A stretch of DNA of 64,000 nucleotides, taken from IMG/VR virus record IMGVR_UViG_3300031669_000001, positions 1-64,000 of that record; one strand, written 5' to 3'. A program made the translations under genes and the position numbers. The notes beneath the pieces are model-generated. The model was given only the letters and a program-made list of their open reading frames with translations, ran no database searches and was not told where the DNA came from. Shown piece after piece: positions 27,704 to 37,096 of the stretch. Each line of letters starts with the position of its first letter. Position 1 is the first letter of the stretch.

Positions 27704-27715
27704 CGGTGAATGCGT

Positions 27716-28291
27716 TTAGCGCATTTTGATAGGTGCTGACACACCGCTTGAGAATGCTGCTTCAGTATCTGCCGCTACGACTGGCTTGTACTTGTTCAGG
27801 TCAACTTTTGGAAACCCAGCAATTGACAGGAACCAGCTACGTGGAACTGTTCCGAGCTCAGTAACGTACACTCGCTTTTCATCGATCATTCGAGTTTGTG
27901 CGTTCTGGAATTCGTTTCGTCCAGCTTCGATGATCTGTTGAATCTTGGTGTACAGCGTACTATCGAAGTTCACGCTGTGTTCCTTGATCCACTGCATGCT
28001 TGCCTGGCTGCCGTTTGCGCCGTAACGGCTAGACAGTTCCTTGGACATCACTTCTTTCAGATCATCTTTGTACATCGCAGGGATGGAAGCTGCTTCTTGA
28101 ACCTTGAGGGTGTATTGACCCAGAATGTTCTTGTTGTTTGTCCAGTCGGCTTCTAGACCAGCTTCCGCACGAACGGCGTAGTTTGTTGCAGAGTAGTAAG
28201 CGATCACCAATCCACCACCAACAGTAATCGCAAATCCTATCACAGCCAACGCCACGATCAAACCAACGCTCATTGCACCTTTATTTTTCAT
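27716..28291 (-). CDS. LemA-like membrane-anchored protein
   Basis: N-terminal TM, helical body, C-terminal P..W...AGFP. Confidence 0.55.
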   Translation of the reverse strand: MKNKGAMSVGLIVALAVIGFAITVGGGLVIAYYSATNYAVRAEAGLEADWTNNKNILGQYTLKVQEAASIPAMYKDDLKEVMSKELSSRYGANGSQASMQWIKEHSVNFDSTLYTKIQQIIEAGRNEFQNAQTRMIDEKRVYVTELGTVPRSWFLSIAGFPKVDLNKYKPVVAADTEAAFSSGVSAPIKMR

Positions 28292-28515
28292 TCAATTTCT
28301 CCTAAGTTTACTTCATTAAAAACATCTCGATTGTTGATGCGTCTTTGCTGCCTTCTTCTGTGCGTCTTTTCCTGCTTAATGTCTACTGAATTTCCTTGGT
28401 GACCACCGTCATGTTCCATGCCAGGTACACCAGCTCTAACGCGAGCCATGTAATTCTGATAACTGTAGTTGAATCCTCGTTTGTTTGGATTCTTACGGCG
28501 GTGGTTCGTTTTCAT
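28288..28515 (-). CDS. Small basic protein
   Basis: R/K-rich, stop/start overlaps. Confidence 0.55.
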   Translation of the reverse strand: MKTNHRRKNPNKRGFNYSYQNYMARVRAGVPGMEHDGGHQGNSVDIKQEKTHRRRQQRRINNRDVFNEVNLGEIE

Positions 28516-29579
28516 TAGTACCCGTTCCTCTTTACTACAATCGTTGTGATCACAGAGGCGATGAGTCCCAAGATAATAGCTAACACCAACACCCAGGTGG
28601 GTGGTTGTATCTGAGTCTTTAGATACTCAAAGTCCTTCATCTCCTTGCGCTTAAACATCTTCTGAGTATCAGCTGCGATCACTGGGATGATCTTTGCTCG
28701 ATCAACTGTTCCTATCGCTGAGATGTCATCATGCAGTTCCACCTTGAACAGAGCTGCATCAGTCCAACTCGAGATACCTACCCAGTCGATCTTTGGATAG
28801 TGAGTGACGCCAAGGATGACGATGATGTCATTTTTCTTTCCACCAACCCACTTGCCTTCTAACGAGTGGATGTAACTTTCATCTGCCGTGTTTACAAAGA
28901 TCACGATAACGTTTGCCTGCTTCTCTGGCCCAAGAGTTCGCAAGATGTCAGAGATGTCATTGTCCCATTGAGGAATGTCCGGCACTGGCACCCCTTCAGT
29001 GATCGCGCGATTCAACTTGTAGTAATCGTAGATGCCAGCTGGATAAACTGGAATCATGTTGTCAAATCGATGCGTCAAGTTCTTGTGGAACAGACTGTCA
29101 GGAACAGCCTTCACGTAGTTTGTGAAGTGATGCTTCGCAGAGACTGGATCACCAGGCTTTACTATAGTCCAACGAGGTGGCTCCCTAAGTCCCTGGCTGT
29201 CAAGCGTGTTGATGTCAAAGTCACGAACGTTTGAGTGAACTACCCAATCAACGTCGTAAGGATGCTCATAACAGGTGTCGCATTCTTCTGTCGATGTTCT
29301 ATGCTTTCCATATCCCGAAGACACCATGTGACAGTGACATTGATAACTGTGGCGGCACGGTACCTTCTCATGATACTTTGAGATGACTTGACCGTTCAGA
29401 ATCTCGATGTCATCTGTCTGGCTGTACATTCCCGTTGCATACACGACTAGAGTTAAGATCGTTCCGACGGCGAATGAAGATCCAATCTCGATCCAAGTAA
29501 CCTTTCTTGGAAGGAAGATCTTCGTCAACCAAGGGATGATGAAGATTGGAAAAAGAACAAACAACAGCGTCATGCTCAT
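28515..29579 (-). CDS. Membrane protein with TPM-like periplasmic domain
   Basis: Two N-terminal TMs, one C-terminal TM; K.ANVIVIFV...GGKKNDIIVILG. Confidence 0.6.
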   Translation of the reverse strand: MSMTLLFVLFPIFIIPWLTKIFLPRKVTWIEIGSSFAVGTILTLVVYATGMYSQTDDIEILNGQVISKYHEKVPCRHSYQCHCHMVSSGYGKHRTSTEECDTCYEHPYDVDWVVHSNVRDFDINTLDSQGLREPPRWTIVKPGDPVSAKHHFTNYVKAVPDSLFHKNLTHRFDNMIPVYPAGIYDYYKLNRAITEGVPVPDIPQWDNDISDILRTLGPEKQANVIVIFVNTADESYIHSLEGKWVGGKKNDIIVILGVTHYPKIDWVGISSWTDAALFKVELHDDISAIGTVDRAKIIPVIAADTQKMFKRKEMKDFEYLKTQIQPPTWVLVLAIILGLIASVITTIVVKRNGY

Positions 29580-30052
29580 TTTGATTCCTTCAAAAGTTTA
29601 TCTCGCAATCTGTCAATTACTTCCATCGCTTCTGTGATTCCTACTCCTTTTGTCTTGTAGTAATGCTTCAAAGCTGCGATGCGCCCTTTTGTGTTTAGTA
29701 GTTCCAAACACTCATCGAGAATTGTGTCCTTGTTCTTATCGAACCATTCCTTTTCAAGAGCTGAGCCGTGAAGCGGGCAATTGTCTGCATGATTGTGAGC
29801 CTCTGCGCACAAGCATTTCGGTGAAAGCAGCTCAGGTGGAATTTGATTGACGTAGATTTCTTCGTCTTCAAAAAGATAGTAACGAGTTCCGTAGGTACCA
29901 AGCCCAGCGTTGTAATTCTCGATGAGAGTTTTGATCAGATTTCTGTCCATATCTGAATCAAGCACCGCTACGATGGTATCACCCATCGTGTCAGGAGTAT
30001 GTTTTTTGATTACTAGCATAACTTCTTTCTTATAGCTTCTCAGCGAGGTCAA
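29576..30052 (-). CDS. Hypothetical protein with C-terminal ribosomal L7/L12-like motif
   Basis: GRIAALKHYYKTKGVGITEAMEVID resembles KI.AIK..R..TG.GLKEAK. Confidence 0.5.
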   Translation of the reverse strand: MTSLRSYKKEVMLVIKKHTPDTMGDTIVAVLDSDMDRNLIKTLIENYNAGLGTYGTRYYLFEDEEIYVNQIPPELLSPKCLCAEAHNHADNCPLHGSALEKEWFDKNKDTILDECLELLNTKGRIAALKHYYKTKGVGITEAMEVIDRLRDKLLKESK

Positions 30053-30198
30053 TCAAGAACCTCGATGTCATCAAGTTGTTTGCGAAGAGCGCGAAGAACA
30101 ATCCAAGCGCTACCATCCAGTTTGATCCGTACCACAGCAGGCCAAAACCTACCAGGGATAGAAGGAATTCTATCCAAATTTTTAACACGAACACTCAT
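30049..30198 (-). CDS. Small hypothetical protein (start MSVRVK)
   Basis: AAGGA SD; overlaps HEG end. Confidence 0.45.
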   Translation of the reverse strand: MSVRVKNLDRIPSIPGRFWPAVVRIKLDGSAWIVLRALRKQLDDIEVLD

Positions 30199-31066
30199 GA
30201 GCATCCTTAAATTTGCAATTATTAAAATGCCATTGATGCATTGTTGCTGAGCCGCCTTCTTTATCACAATGTGGACATTTCACAATCTTTTGCTTTTTCC
30301 CTAATGTAGCTGCTGACATATTGGCTTTAGCTTCTTCAGAAACTGAAGTTCTAATTCTAGCTTTAGCACTCAATGACATTTTATCTTTGATTGATTGAAA
30401 CTTAACGGAATCTTTTTTCAACTTATCCCAATGTTCAAAAGCTTGAACTGATCTATCTGTAGGTTTCCAGTCTTCAGCTTGACGTTTTTCTAATAATTTT
30501 TCTTTTCTAGTTTTATGCATTTTATACCAATTTTTGTATCTCGCTTTGGATATTTTACTAAGTCTATTTCCTTGTTGTATTCGTCTTTCATCTGACCATG
30601 CAGCTCTCATTAAAGCTTTAGATTCTAACGTATTCTTTCTCTGAAGACTGCATAATTTCAAACTTGCTTGTTGTCTTTTTTCTGGAGTCCAAAATCGCTC
30701 CATCTTTATAGTGAATTTTTTACGACGCTCATCTGTCCAACTAGCTTTCAGCTTTTCTATTACAGATAGACGTTTAACAGGATCTACAAATAACCATGGA
30801 ACTGCAATTCTTGACAAATTATAATACTTTTTTCCAATTTCGTCTTTATGAATCATCGAAAGAACTCGTTGTTCTTCTAAGAACATTGATTTTTTGTCGT
30901 AGTGGAAAGATAAAATTCTGCGCTTAAAAGATTTTGACCGTTTCTTATACGCGTTTTTCATCCATCTAGAACTACAGATATATCCATCATCCGGAGTCCC
31001 CCAGTGTGCACCGATATAAAAGCGTTTCTTTTCTAAATCATACCAAATGTAGACAAACCCTGACAT
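30182..31066 (-). mobile_element. Free-standing Seg-like GIY-YIG homing endonuclease gene
   Basis: GFVYIWYD....FYIGAHWG..DDGYICSS; C-terminal CPHC...HF.NC; own late promoter; AT-rich. Confidence 0.85.
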
Positions 31067-31746
31067 AATATCACCTTTGCTAAAATGATATTTATACAGA
31101 GTGCAAACACGAAAGAATAGTTTTTAGTTGGAATGCGGCACTTAACTTGCCAGCCTTTGTTTGAATCTGCTTTCATGCAAGCTCTCAGAACAGCCTTAGG
31201 ATTCTTCAACACCAAACCCTCATCTTCAGGCTTCAATTCCAGAAAAAGCTTTGCAAAATCACCCGTGTAGTTTGTAGCCACCGACACGTAATCGTGAACT
31301 CGAGTTTGATCACCTTCATCCGCAACAGGTTCCCATTGAGAAGCCAGCAGAAGTTGACGATCTGCAAATGTGCTACCAACAAGGTGAACACCTTCATCAA
31401 CTATCTTGTCGAAGATGTACAGTTGATTCTTTGGACCGCCAGACACCTTGGAGTGCAGCAGCTCAGCAACGTAGACGTTCCACTTTTTAGAACCTTGGAA
31501 GAAGCGAGTGTGCTCTGGAGTAGGAGACCACATGCGATGATCACCGTTGTCGATGTCATTGTGGCGAGTCTTGAAGATGACCTCGTTACCCTTGGCAAAG
31601 ATGACCGTGCAGGTACCGTTCTTTTTCTTTTGAGCCCAGTAGCCTTGCTTCTCTTGAAAGGTAAGCATCGCTTGAGGAATCTTCTGCTCCGGACGAGGAG
31701 GCCAGAGGTATTGGTATTCGTTGTAATCCATTACACAAGCTCCCAA
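31033..31746 (-). CDS. Stand-alone ATP-dependent ligase/capping-enzyme-like nucleotidyltransferase domain
   Basis: QKKKNG (motif I), AELL, YIFD, EGLVLK, WQVK; no OB domain. Confidence 0.7.
   Translation of the reverse strand: MGACVMDYNEYQYLWPPRPEQKIPQAMLTFQEKQGYWAQKKKNGTCTVIFAKGNEVIFKTRHNDIDNGDHRMWSPTPEHTRFFQGSKKWNVYVAELLHSKVSGGPKNQLYIFDKIVDEGVHLVGSTFADRQLLLASQWEPVADEGDQTRVHDYVSVATNYTGDFAKLFLELKPEDEGLVLKNPKAVLRACMKADSNKGWQVKCRIPTKNYSFVFALCINIILAKVILCQGLSTFGMI
31067..31096 (-). promoter_or_regulatory. Late promoter with SD-sequestering hairpin
   Basis: TATAAATA (31089-31096) overlaps the 5' arm of AATATCATTTT-AGC-AAAGGTGATATT. Confidence 0.75.
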
Positions 31747-31916
31747 AACTTTATCAGTTCACCTTCAGACACAGCTATTCCGTCGCGACTACCGACCTTG
31801 TCTACTTCCCAGGTCGTACTTGCATAAAATTTCCTGATGACCCAGTCACCATATTCAGGATGAGCTATTTGACGAATCTTAACGCCCGGTTTGATTTGAT
31901 CGAGAGCGAGACTCAT
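31731..31916 (-). CDS. Hypothetical protein
   Basis: Operon packing. Confidence 0.55.
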   Translation of the reverse strand: MSLALDQIKPGVKIRQIAHPEYGDWVIRKFYASTTWEVDKVGSRDGIAVSEGELIKFWELV

Positions 31917-32110
31917 TGCAGCACCTCGTGCATGTGATCACCGATCCATTCATAAGGATCGCCAGTGCGGGCTTTGGCAGTACCGTAAGGCATCTCACCG
32001 TTATTGCAGAAGTATTCGTAGAGTTTGAGGTACAGATCTTCAGGAAGATCGCTGTTGTTGTCAATAGCGAATTGAATATCTGCCTTGTCTTCATCGGTGA
32101 ATGTAGTCAT
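31913..32110 (-). CDS. Small acidic phage protein
   Basis: MPYGTAKARTGDPYEW motif; acidic. Confidence 0.65.
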   Translation of the reverse strand: MTTFTDEDKADIQFAIDNNSDLPEDLYLKLYEYFCNNGEMPYGTAKARTGDPYEWIGDHMHEVLQ

Positions 32111-32276
32111 TAGATGTCCATCCCTACGGTAATGTTTGTAGGATAGCCATCTTCGATCAGCTTGCGCTTGATCGCTTTGCAGTTCAAGCGAGATGCAGAG
32201 TAGACTGAATCGTAATATTCACCGAATCGATAAACTGTGTAGTGCATGATTACCTCTAGCTTGATTTGATAGAGTA

Positions 32277-32305
32277 ATTATATCACAGCGCTGCAAAAAG
32301 TACAC
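32277..32305 (-). promoter_or_regulatory. T4-early-like promoter
   Basis: GTGTAC-17-TATAAT. Confidence 0.8.
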
Positions 32306-32332
32306 ACTTTTGTGCAATTATGGTGAAAACTA

Positions 32333-33106
32333 CTACAAAACATCTACTTCTCGATCAACGCTCCAATGTTCCGGCATAAATGCGGGCTTTGCAGTGTCGA
32401 TAAAGTGTTGTCTCCAACGCTTGATGAAAGGTTCAAAGTCTCCACTTGCGTGCAAGTCTTCGACGATCGCTTTTCCAGGATCGATTCTACATGCAATCAA
32501 AACGCTATCGGACAGCTCTTCAAGTTCTTCTAGAGTAGGAGTCTTTCCCAGATATTCAACAATCTCTGCCATCATGTCAGCTTGACGAGAAGCTGGTATG
32601 GTGTTTTTGCGTAACAGAGATTTTGCAAGACGACAGACCTTGTCAAGAATTTTATTGTCAACAGACATCTTGATGACTGGAAGATCTTCACCTGTGAACT
32701 CTATGGAGATTTGCTTCTTGAGGTGCATAGCCTCGGTTTCGTATTCCTCGTGGCATGGAACGCAGATCACGACAACGTCATGAGCTGATCGTGCCTTGAG
32801 CTTCAGGGGAAAGAACTTTCGATACATGTATGGAACTATATGGTGCTTCGTCAGATTTGCCTCAGTTCCACATTTGACGCAGCGATTATGCTTTGGAGCA
32901 AGGCTGAACGCATCACCTTTGTTTCCGTTGCCGTGAGGCTTGAACTTGAGCTTGATGGTAGGTGGATCTTCAGAGATGACGTCTGCAAGACCTCTGTCAA
33001 GGTACCACTTAGCGCGCTTGAGCGCACAGCGGCACATCTCCTCGCCTTCAGGAGAGATCATCAGCCAATTGGAGTAGGCTGGGGTTTGTAGGTTACGAAG
33101 GCTCAT
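32333..33106 (-). CDS. HNH nuclease resembling the EXD2 C-terminal HNH-like domain
   Basis: AKWYLDRGLA, CVKCG, HHIVPYMYRKFFP...HDVVVICVPCH. Confidence 0.75.
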   Translation of the reverse strand: MSLRNLQTPAYSNWLMISPEGEEMCRCALKRAKWYLDRGLADVISEDPPTIKLKFKPHGNGNKGDAFSLAPKHNRCVKCGTEANLTKHHIVPYMYRKFFPLKLKARSAHDVVVICVPCHEEYETEAMHLKKQISIEFTGEDLPVIKMSVDNKILDKVCRLAKSLLRKNTIPASRQADMMAEIVEYLGKTPTLEELEELSDSVLIACRIDPGKAIVEDLHASGDFEPFIKRWRQHFIDTAKPAFMPEHWSVDREVDVL

Positions 33107-33410
33107 TTACAGGAAACACCATGTGAGCGCGGATGCTGACAGTATCTGCATCTGCATAATCCAGCGAAGGAGCATCTTCATGTGGTTCACCGTACAGGAA
33201 CTTCTTGATTGACTCTACACTCAAAGTTACTCGACCGGTCTTTGTGATCTTGATCGCAGTTCCTACTGTAGTGCGAGCCCAGCCACCGTCAGAAGTGCTG
33301 TAACCATATCGTTGTCCTATTGCAATTGGAATTCCAAGAGCATCTTTCCACACCTTTGGAAAGTCAATTGGATTGTCTGTATTTGTCATGTGTACCATGA
33401 TAATCCTCAA
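33093..33410 (-). CDS. Hypothetical protein
   Basis: Operon packing. Confidence 0.6.
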   Translation of the reverse strand: MRIIMVHMTNTDNPIDFPKVWKDALGIPIAIGQRYGYSTSDGGWARTTVGTAIKITKTGRVTLSVESIKKFLYGEPHEDAPSLDYADADTVSIRAHMVFPVNEPS

Positions 33411-33625
33411 AGTAAGGTGATGCGATTCTTTGGAAATAAAACCACAGAGATGATTGGGAAGTCCACCTTCTCATCCCATGCAACTGACTCTCCATTGATG
33501 ATGAGAGCTTTGTTCTGACACCATCTCTTCAGCTCCGAGTTTGAGACAGGACCAACGCGCTTGCCTTCTCTCGTTTGAAAGTGACAAACTTTATTGAGGT
33601 CTCGTAGAAATTCCCAGAAGTTCAT
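33407..33625 (-). CDS. Hypothetical protein
   Basis: ATGA overlaps. Confidence 0.6.
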   Translation of the reverse strand: MNFWEFLRDLNKVCHFQTREGKRVGPVSNSELKRWCQNKALIINGESVAWDEKVDFPIISVVLFPKNRITLL

Positions 33626-33900
33626 GGTATAGTGCAGGGTACAGGATTCTTAGCAACGTTAGTAGTCCTAAATCCGCACTTCTCCAATGCAGCAGCGACG
33701 TCATAGACATCATAGCAATGCATTCCAGAGATGATCACGATGAAGCCGCCAGGTCCTTGAACCCGGCCTTTTGATAAAAGATAGACGTTTTGCGGTTGAA
33801 TGAGAATGTCCATCGTGTGAAGCTCGTAGCGTAGAAAATGTGCGACGAGCTCAAATAGAGGCGTCACAACGTTATCATTTTTGTAGACTGTGAATTTCAT
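33622..33900 (-). CDS. Hypothetical protein
   Basis: ATGA overlaps. Confidence 0.55.
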   Translation of the reverse strand: MKFTVYKNDNVVTPLFELVAHFLRYELHTMDILIQPQNVYLLSKGRVQGPGGFIVIISGMHCYDVYDVAAALEKCGFRTTNVAKNPVPCTIP

Positions 33901-34312
33901 TTTTCGTACTTCTTCATCTTCATGGTGCTGACGCCGTTGAAAACAACGATAGGTTCAGATTTGATTCGGGCTGGAATGTACGCAGCTTGTTTTCCCTTCC
34001 TTATCTCAATCAGCATCCACACTAAGAGAGCTACCAGCAACAGGGAAAAACCAACGTAAAATATTTCTGCATGCATTTTTTTCTCCTTAAAACCAAAATT
34101 TAGTTGAGATGTTGATTACGGTCAACGCTAAAGAATCGACGACCAAGATAGCTAGAAATCCTGTAACCAACCAGTGAAGAGGTATCGAGATCATTCGGCT
34201 TCTCGCGGGTGCACAATTTGAATCCACTTCAGAATCTCGCTCATAGCTTGTACGCGCCAGCGGCGCACTTGACGAGTCTTTGAAAATTTTGCTATTGGTG
34301 CGCGATACACTT

Positions 34313-34516
34313 TCATACTTTCTCCCTAACTAGATCGTAATATTTCTTAGCCCAATCAGGGCAACCTTCTTCATTTTCTTCAAACGAGGAGAATCGAGGG
34401 AACTTTCCAAAAAGCGCCCTACGAATTGAGATGGGATGCTTTTGTTCACGCCGATATTTCCACCATCCATAACGAGTCATCAATCTCCACAGCCACAATG
34501 GAATTTTAACGCGCAT
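34313..34516 (-). CDS. Hypothetical protein
   Basis: Operon packing. Confidence 0.5.
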   Translation of the reverse strand: MRVKIPLWLWRLMTRYGWWKYRREQKHPISIRRALFGKFPRFSSFEENEEGCPDWAKKYYDLVREKV

Positions 34517-35012
34517 AGCAGTTGTCTCTCAACAAATCATGAAGCTCGTTGAGGGTTTCAAATTGTTCGCTTGGTGTGAAATCAGGAAAAACGAGTTGCC
34601 AGCGATCTTCGATGTAATTCACTTCAAGCGTTGCACCGCTGTCGAGCAAATGAATGACGCTACCTGGGTAAATAGAATCTGGTAAGTTCTTGACTCGCAT
34701 CTTGTCAAGAGCTTCTTGGATGTCCTGAGAAGTGAGATCGAGTTTTTCAACTCCATAGTTTATACCACAGCTGCTTAATGGACGCTTCCACTGTGCCTTG
34801 AGAGCGAGCCAACGGGCTGTTAGATAAGCATTGCGCAAACCTTCAACTCGTTTCGACGCTACCACATTGTGGTAGATTCCCCAATAACCGCTAACAATGA
34901 TGGCGTTTGCACGCCACATTCCAGGCTTATCTTCGATGGGCATCTTTGCCTCAAATTCAGGACAGTATTTGCGCATCAACCACATTTGAAGTTTGTTCAT
35001 GTTACCGTTCAT
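34506..35012 (-). CDS. Hypothetical protein
   Basis: GGAGG SD. Confidence 0.65.
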   Translation of the reverse strand: MNGNMNKLQMWLMRKYCPEFEAKMPIEDKPGMWRANAIIVSGYWGIYHNVVASKRVEGLRNAYLTARWLALKAQWKRPLSSCGINYGVEKLDLTSQDIQEALDKMRVKNLPDSIYPGSVIHLLDSGATLEVNYIEDRWQLVFPDFTPSEQFETLNELHDLLRDNCYAR

Positions 35013-35026
35013 TCTTCCTCCTTGAA

Positions 35027-35050
35027 GAGCCTGTAGAATTCTACAGGCTC
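35027..35050. repeat. Perfect 24-nt palindrome (probable terminator or hairpin)
   Basis: GAGCCTGTAGAATTCTACAGGCTC just after the stop of 35059..35691. Confidence 0.6.
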
Positions 35051-35058
35051 GATTTTGA

Positions 35059-35691
35059 TTAAACCAGCAGAGTTTTGACGTTGGTCAGGATGGTGGAGAT
35101 GTCGGTTGTTTCCAGTTTCGGTTTGAACGCGATCACGGTGATAGCTTCGATGATTTCGCGAGGAGCTTTTGAAGAGAACGCTTTGTCCATCGTTGTATCA
35201 CCAACAACGTTCTTCGATTTTTCTTCTTGAACCACGATGAAGTCAGCAGGAACGAACTTGGAGATAGCTTCGGAAACCTTGGAAAGCAGAGCATCGTCAG
35301 AAGCGTAGGCTGGGTTGATGCCGAACAGCTTTTGAACTGCAACAGCTTTTTCGACAGGGAGGTCATACTTTTCGAACAGAGCCACTTCTTCATCGGAAAG
35401 AGCAGAAGCTGTAGAACGCTTGCGCATTTCCACTGAGGCGGATGCATTACCTTCAACGCCGCGGAAGTTGTCAGGACGCTTTGCAGTAGCTTGAGCGATA
35501 TCGAAGAAGTGATCGAATGCTTCAGCTTTGACTGTTGATTCGAGGGTACCTTTTGCAGCTGTAAGAGCCTTGATCAACGCATCGATTTCAGCGAGTTGCT
35601 TCAAACCGTTAATTGCAACTTCATCCTTGGCGGATTTCTTTGCTGCAGGTTTTGCCGCTACTGCTTTAGGATTTGCGAAGAGATTTGCCAT
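35059..35691 (-). CDS. Early hypothetical protein with strongly biased codons
   Basis: First gene after early promoter; Ala/Lys-rich N-terminus. Confidence 0.8.
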   Translation of the reverse strand: MANLFANPKAVAAKPAAKKSAKDEVAINGLKQLAEIDALIKALTAAKGTLESTVKAEAFDHFFDIAQATAKRPDNFRGVEGNASASVEMRKRSTASALSDEEVALFEKYDLPVEKAVAVQKLFGINPAYASDDALLSKVSEAISKFVPADFIVVQEEKSKNVVGDTTMDKAFSSKAPREIIEAITVIAFKPKLETTDISTILTNVKTLLV

Positions 35692-35724
35692 GATCGTGTT
35701 TCCTTATTGATTTATGATAGTGAA

Positions 35725-35753
35725 ATTATATCATAGTGAACCAAAAAGTACAC
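35725..35753 (-). promoter_or_regulatory. T4-early-like promoter
   Basis: GTGTAC-17-TATAAT. Confidence 0.8.
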
Positions 35754-35814
35754 ACATTTGTGATGTTTTTACAAACTATTTGCGCTATTATTATAGACTG
35801 GACTGAAGAACCGC

Positions 35815-36513
35815 TCAGATTCCTAATGCCAGAGCTATTTCCCGAACGTTCTTTACAACCTCAGGGGACCGCTCTAACTTCTCAGACCAGTATGTGATGC
35901 CAATGTTCTTCATCAAGGCAGCCCTTTCACTCTCATGAAGAGTACCTATCCAATCTTTGAAGCTCCTGGAGCAGAATAGAAGCCATGGAGATAGACGACG
36001 CTGTTGGATGAGTTCAGTTATCTCTCCGCTAGTGAACTTTGAGAACACCTCAGAAGGTTGAACTTCAAGACCCTCAGATAGCGCCAAGATGGTCTCAATA
36101 GCAATGTTAACCTGCTCGTAAGGATCTGACTTCTTGTCACTGTACTCGAGGAAGATTTGATAGGCTTCATTCCGCTTCCATAGAGAAGGAGCTATCTTCT
36201 GAGCCAACATTAACTCGATATACTTCTGAGGATCTGGGATGCCTGTCTCACGACACCATTCAGCAAATTTGAAGAATGAGGTATAGTAAGAAGATGAGAT
36301 GAAGCCTTCAGCTGCTGGAGGTTTTCTACGCTGCTTCTCCAACCAAACTTTGTACAGCCCATAAGCTTGTTGTCCTATCACGGTTTGTATCTCACGAGAG
36401 CGAACCATCGAGGTACACTCATGCTTCATGAACGTTCGTTCATTGAAGAACTTCTTTTTGCAAAACTTACAATCGTATAGGGGTATGCTACTCATTTTGG
36501 TCGTCAGGATCAT
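35815..36513 (-). CDS. Protein with N-terminal C2H2-like zinc finger
   Basis: YDCKFCKKKF......KHEC. Confidence 0.7.
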   Translation of the reverse strand: MILTTKMSSIPLYDCKFCKKKFFNERTFMKHECTSMVRSREIQTVIGQQAYGLYKVWLEKQRRKPPAAEGFISSSYYTSFFKFAEWCRETGIPDPQKYIELMLAQKIAPSLWKRNEAYQIFLEYSDKKSDPYEQVNIAIETILALSEGLEVQPSEVFSKFTSGEITELIQQRRLSPWLLFCSRSFKDWIGTLHESERAALMKNIGITYWSEKLERSPEVVKNVREIALALGI

Positions 36514-36676
36514 TATTTGGGATTATATCGAGACACCAGCTCTCAAAATTATTTAGGACATTTGAATAACCATCTGCCATGTCAGTAATGAATTGAGTGA
36601 CAGTTGCAATTATAGCAACAATCAAAAGAGATATGGCTAGGAATGGAAAGGCTACCCAGAATAGTTTACGTTTCAT
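36488..36676 (-). CDS. Small membrane protein
   Basis: N-terminal TM. Confidence 0.5.
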   Translation of the reverse strand: MKRKLFWVAFPFLAISLLIVAIIATVTQFITDMADGYSNVLNNFESWCLDIIPNNDPDDQNE

Positions 36677-36685
36677 GTCATATTA

Positions 36686-37096
36686 TTATCGAGATGGAAC
36701 GGGAAGAAACTGCCAATATGCAGGCAGAAGGGAATTTTCTTTTGCATCCCTTACCAGAAACTTAGAGTGAACCGTACCAGGGGAGAAGAATTCTTTAACG
36801 CAGTCTTCTGCAACATTAGGATCAAAGTACTTACAGCTGAAGACGTCGATGTAAGCTTCTCTGGAAATTTCCATGAAGTGACCTGTGATGTTGCTAGTGG
36901 AGATCAGTTGAACTAAACTGTAACCAACCTTTGGATCACCTTCACACATCATCACGATGGTAGGTTCTCCAACAGCAACCATGTCAATTCGCTTAACAAG
37001 TTCCTTTACAAAGTTGTAAATGTTATCGTAGCTGGAAATTTTTTCAAGATTGCAATCACCGCAGTCCAAAAGTATGTGCCATCCAAAAGTTTTCAT
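36686..37096 (-). CDS. speD: Pyruvoyl-dependent S-adenosylmethionine decarboxylase-like protein
   Basis: GWHILLDC, GYSLVQLISTSNITGHF, YIDVFSCK. Confidence 0.8.
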   Translation of the reverse strand: MKTFGWHILLDCGDCNLEKISSYDNIYNFVKELVKRIDMVAVGEPTIVMMCEGDPKVGYSLVQLISTSNITGHFMEISREAYIDVFSCKYFDPNVAEDCVKEFFSPGTVHSKFLVRDAKENSLLPAYWQFLPVPSR

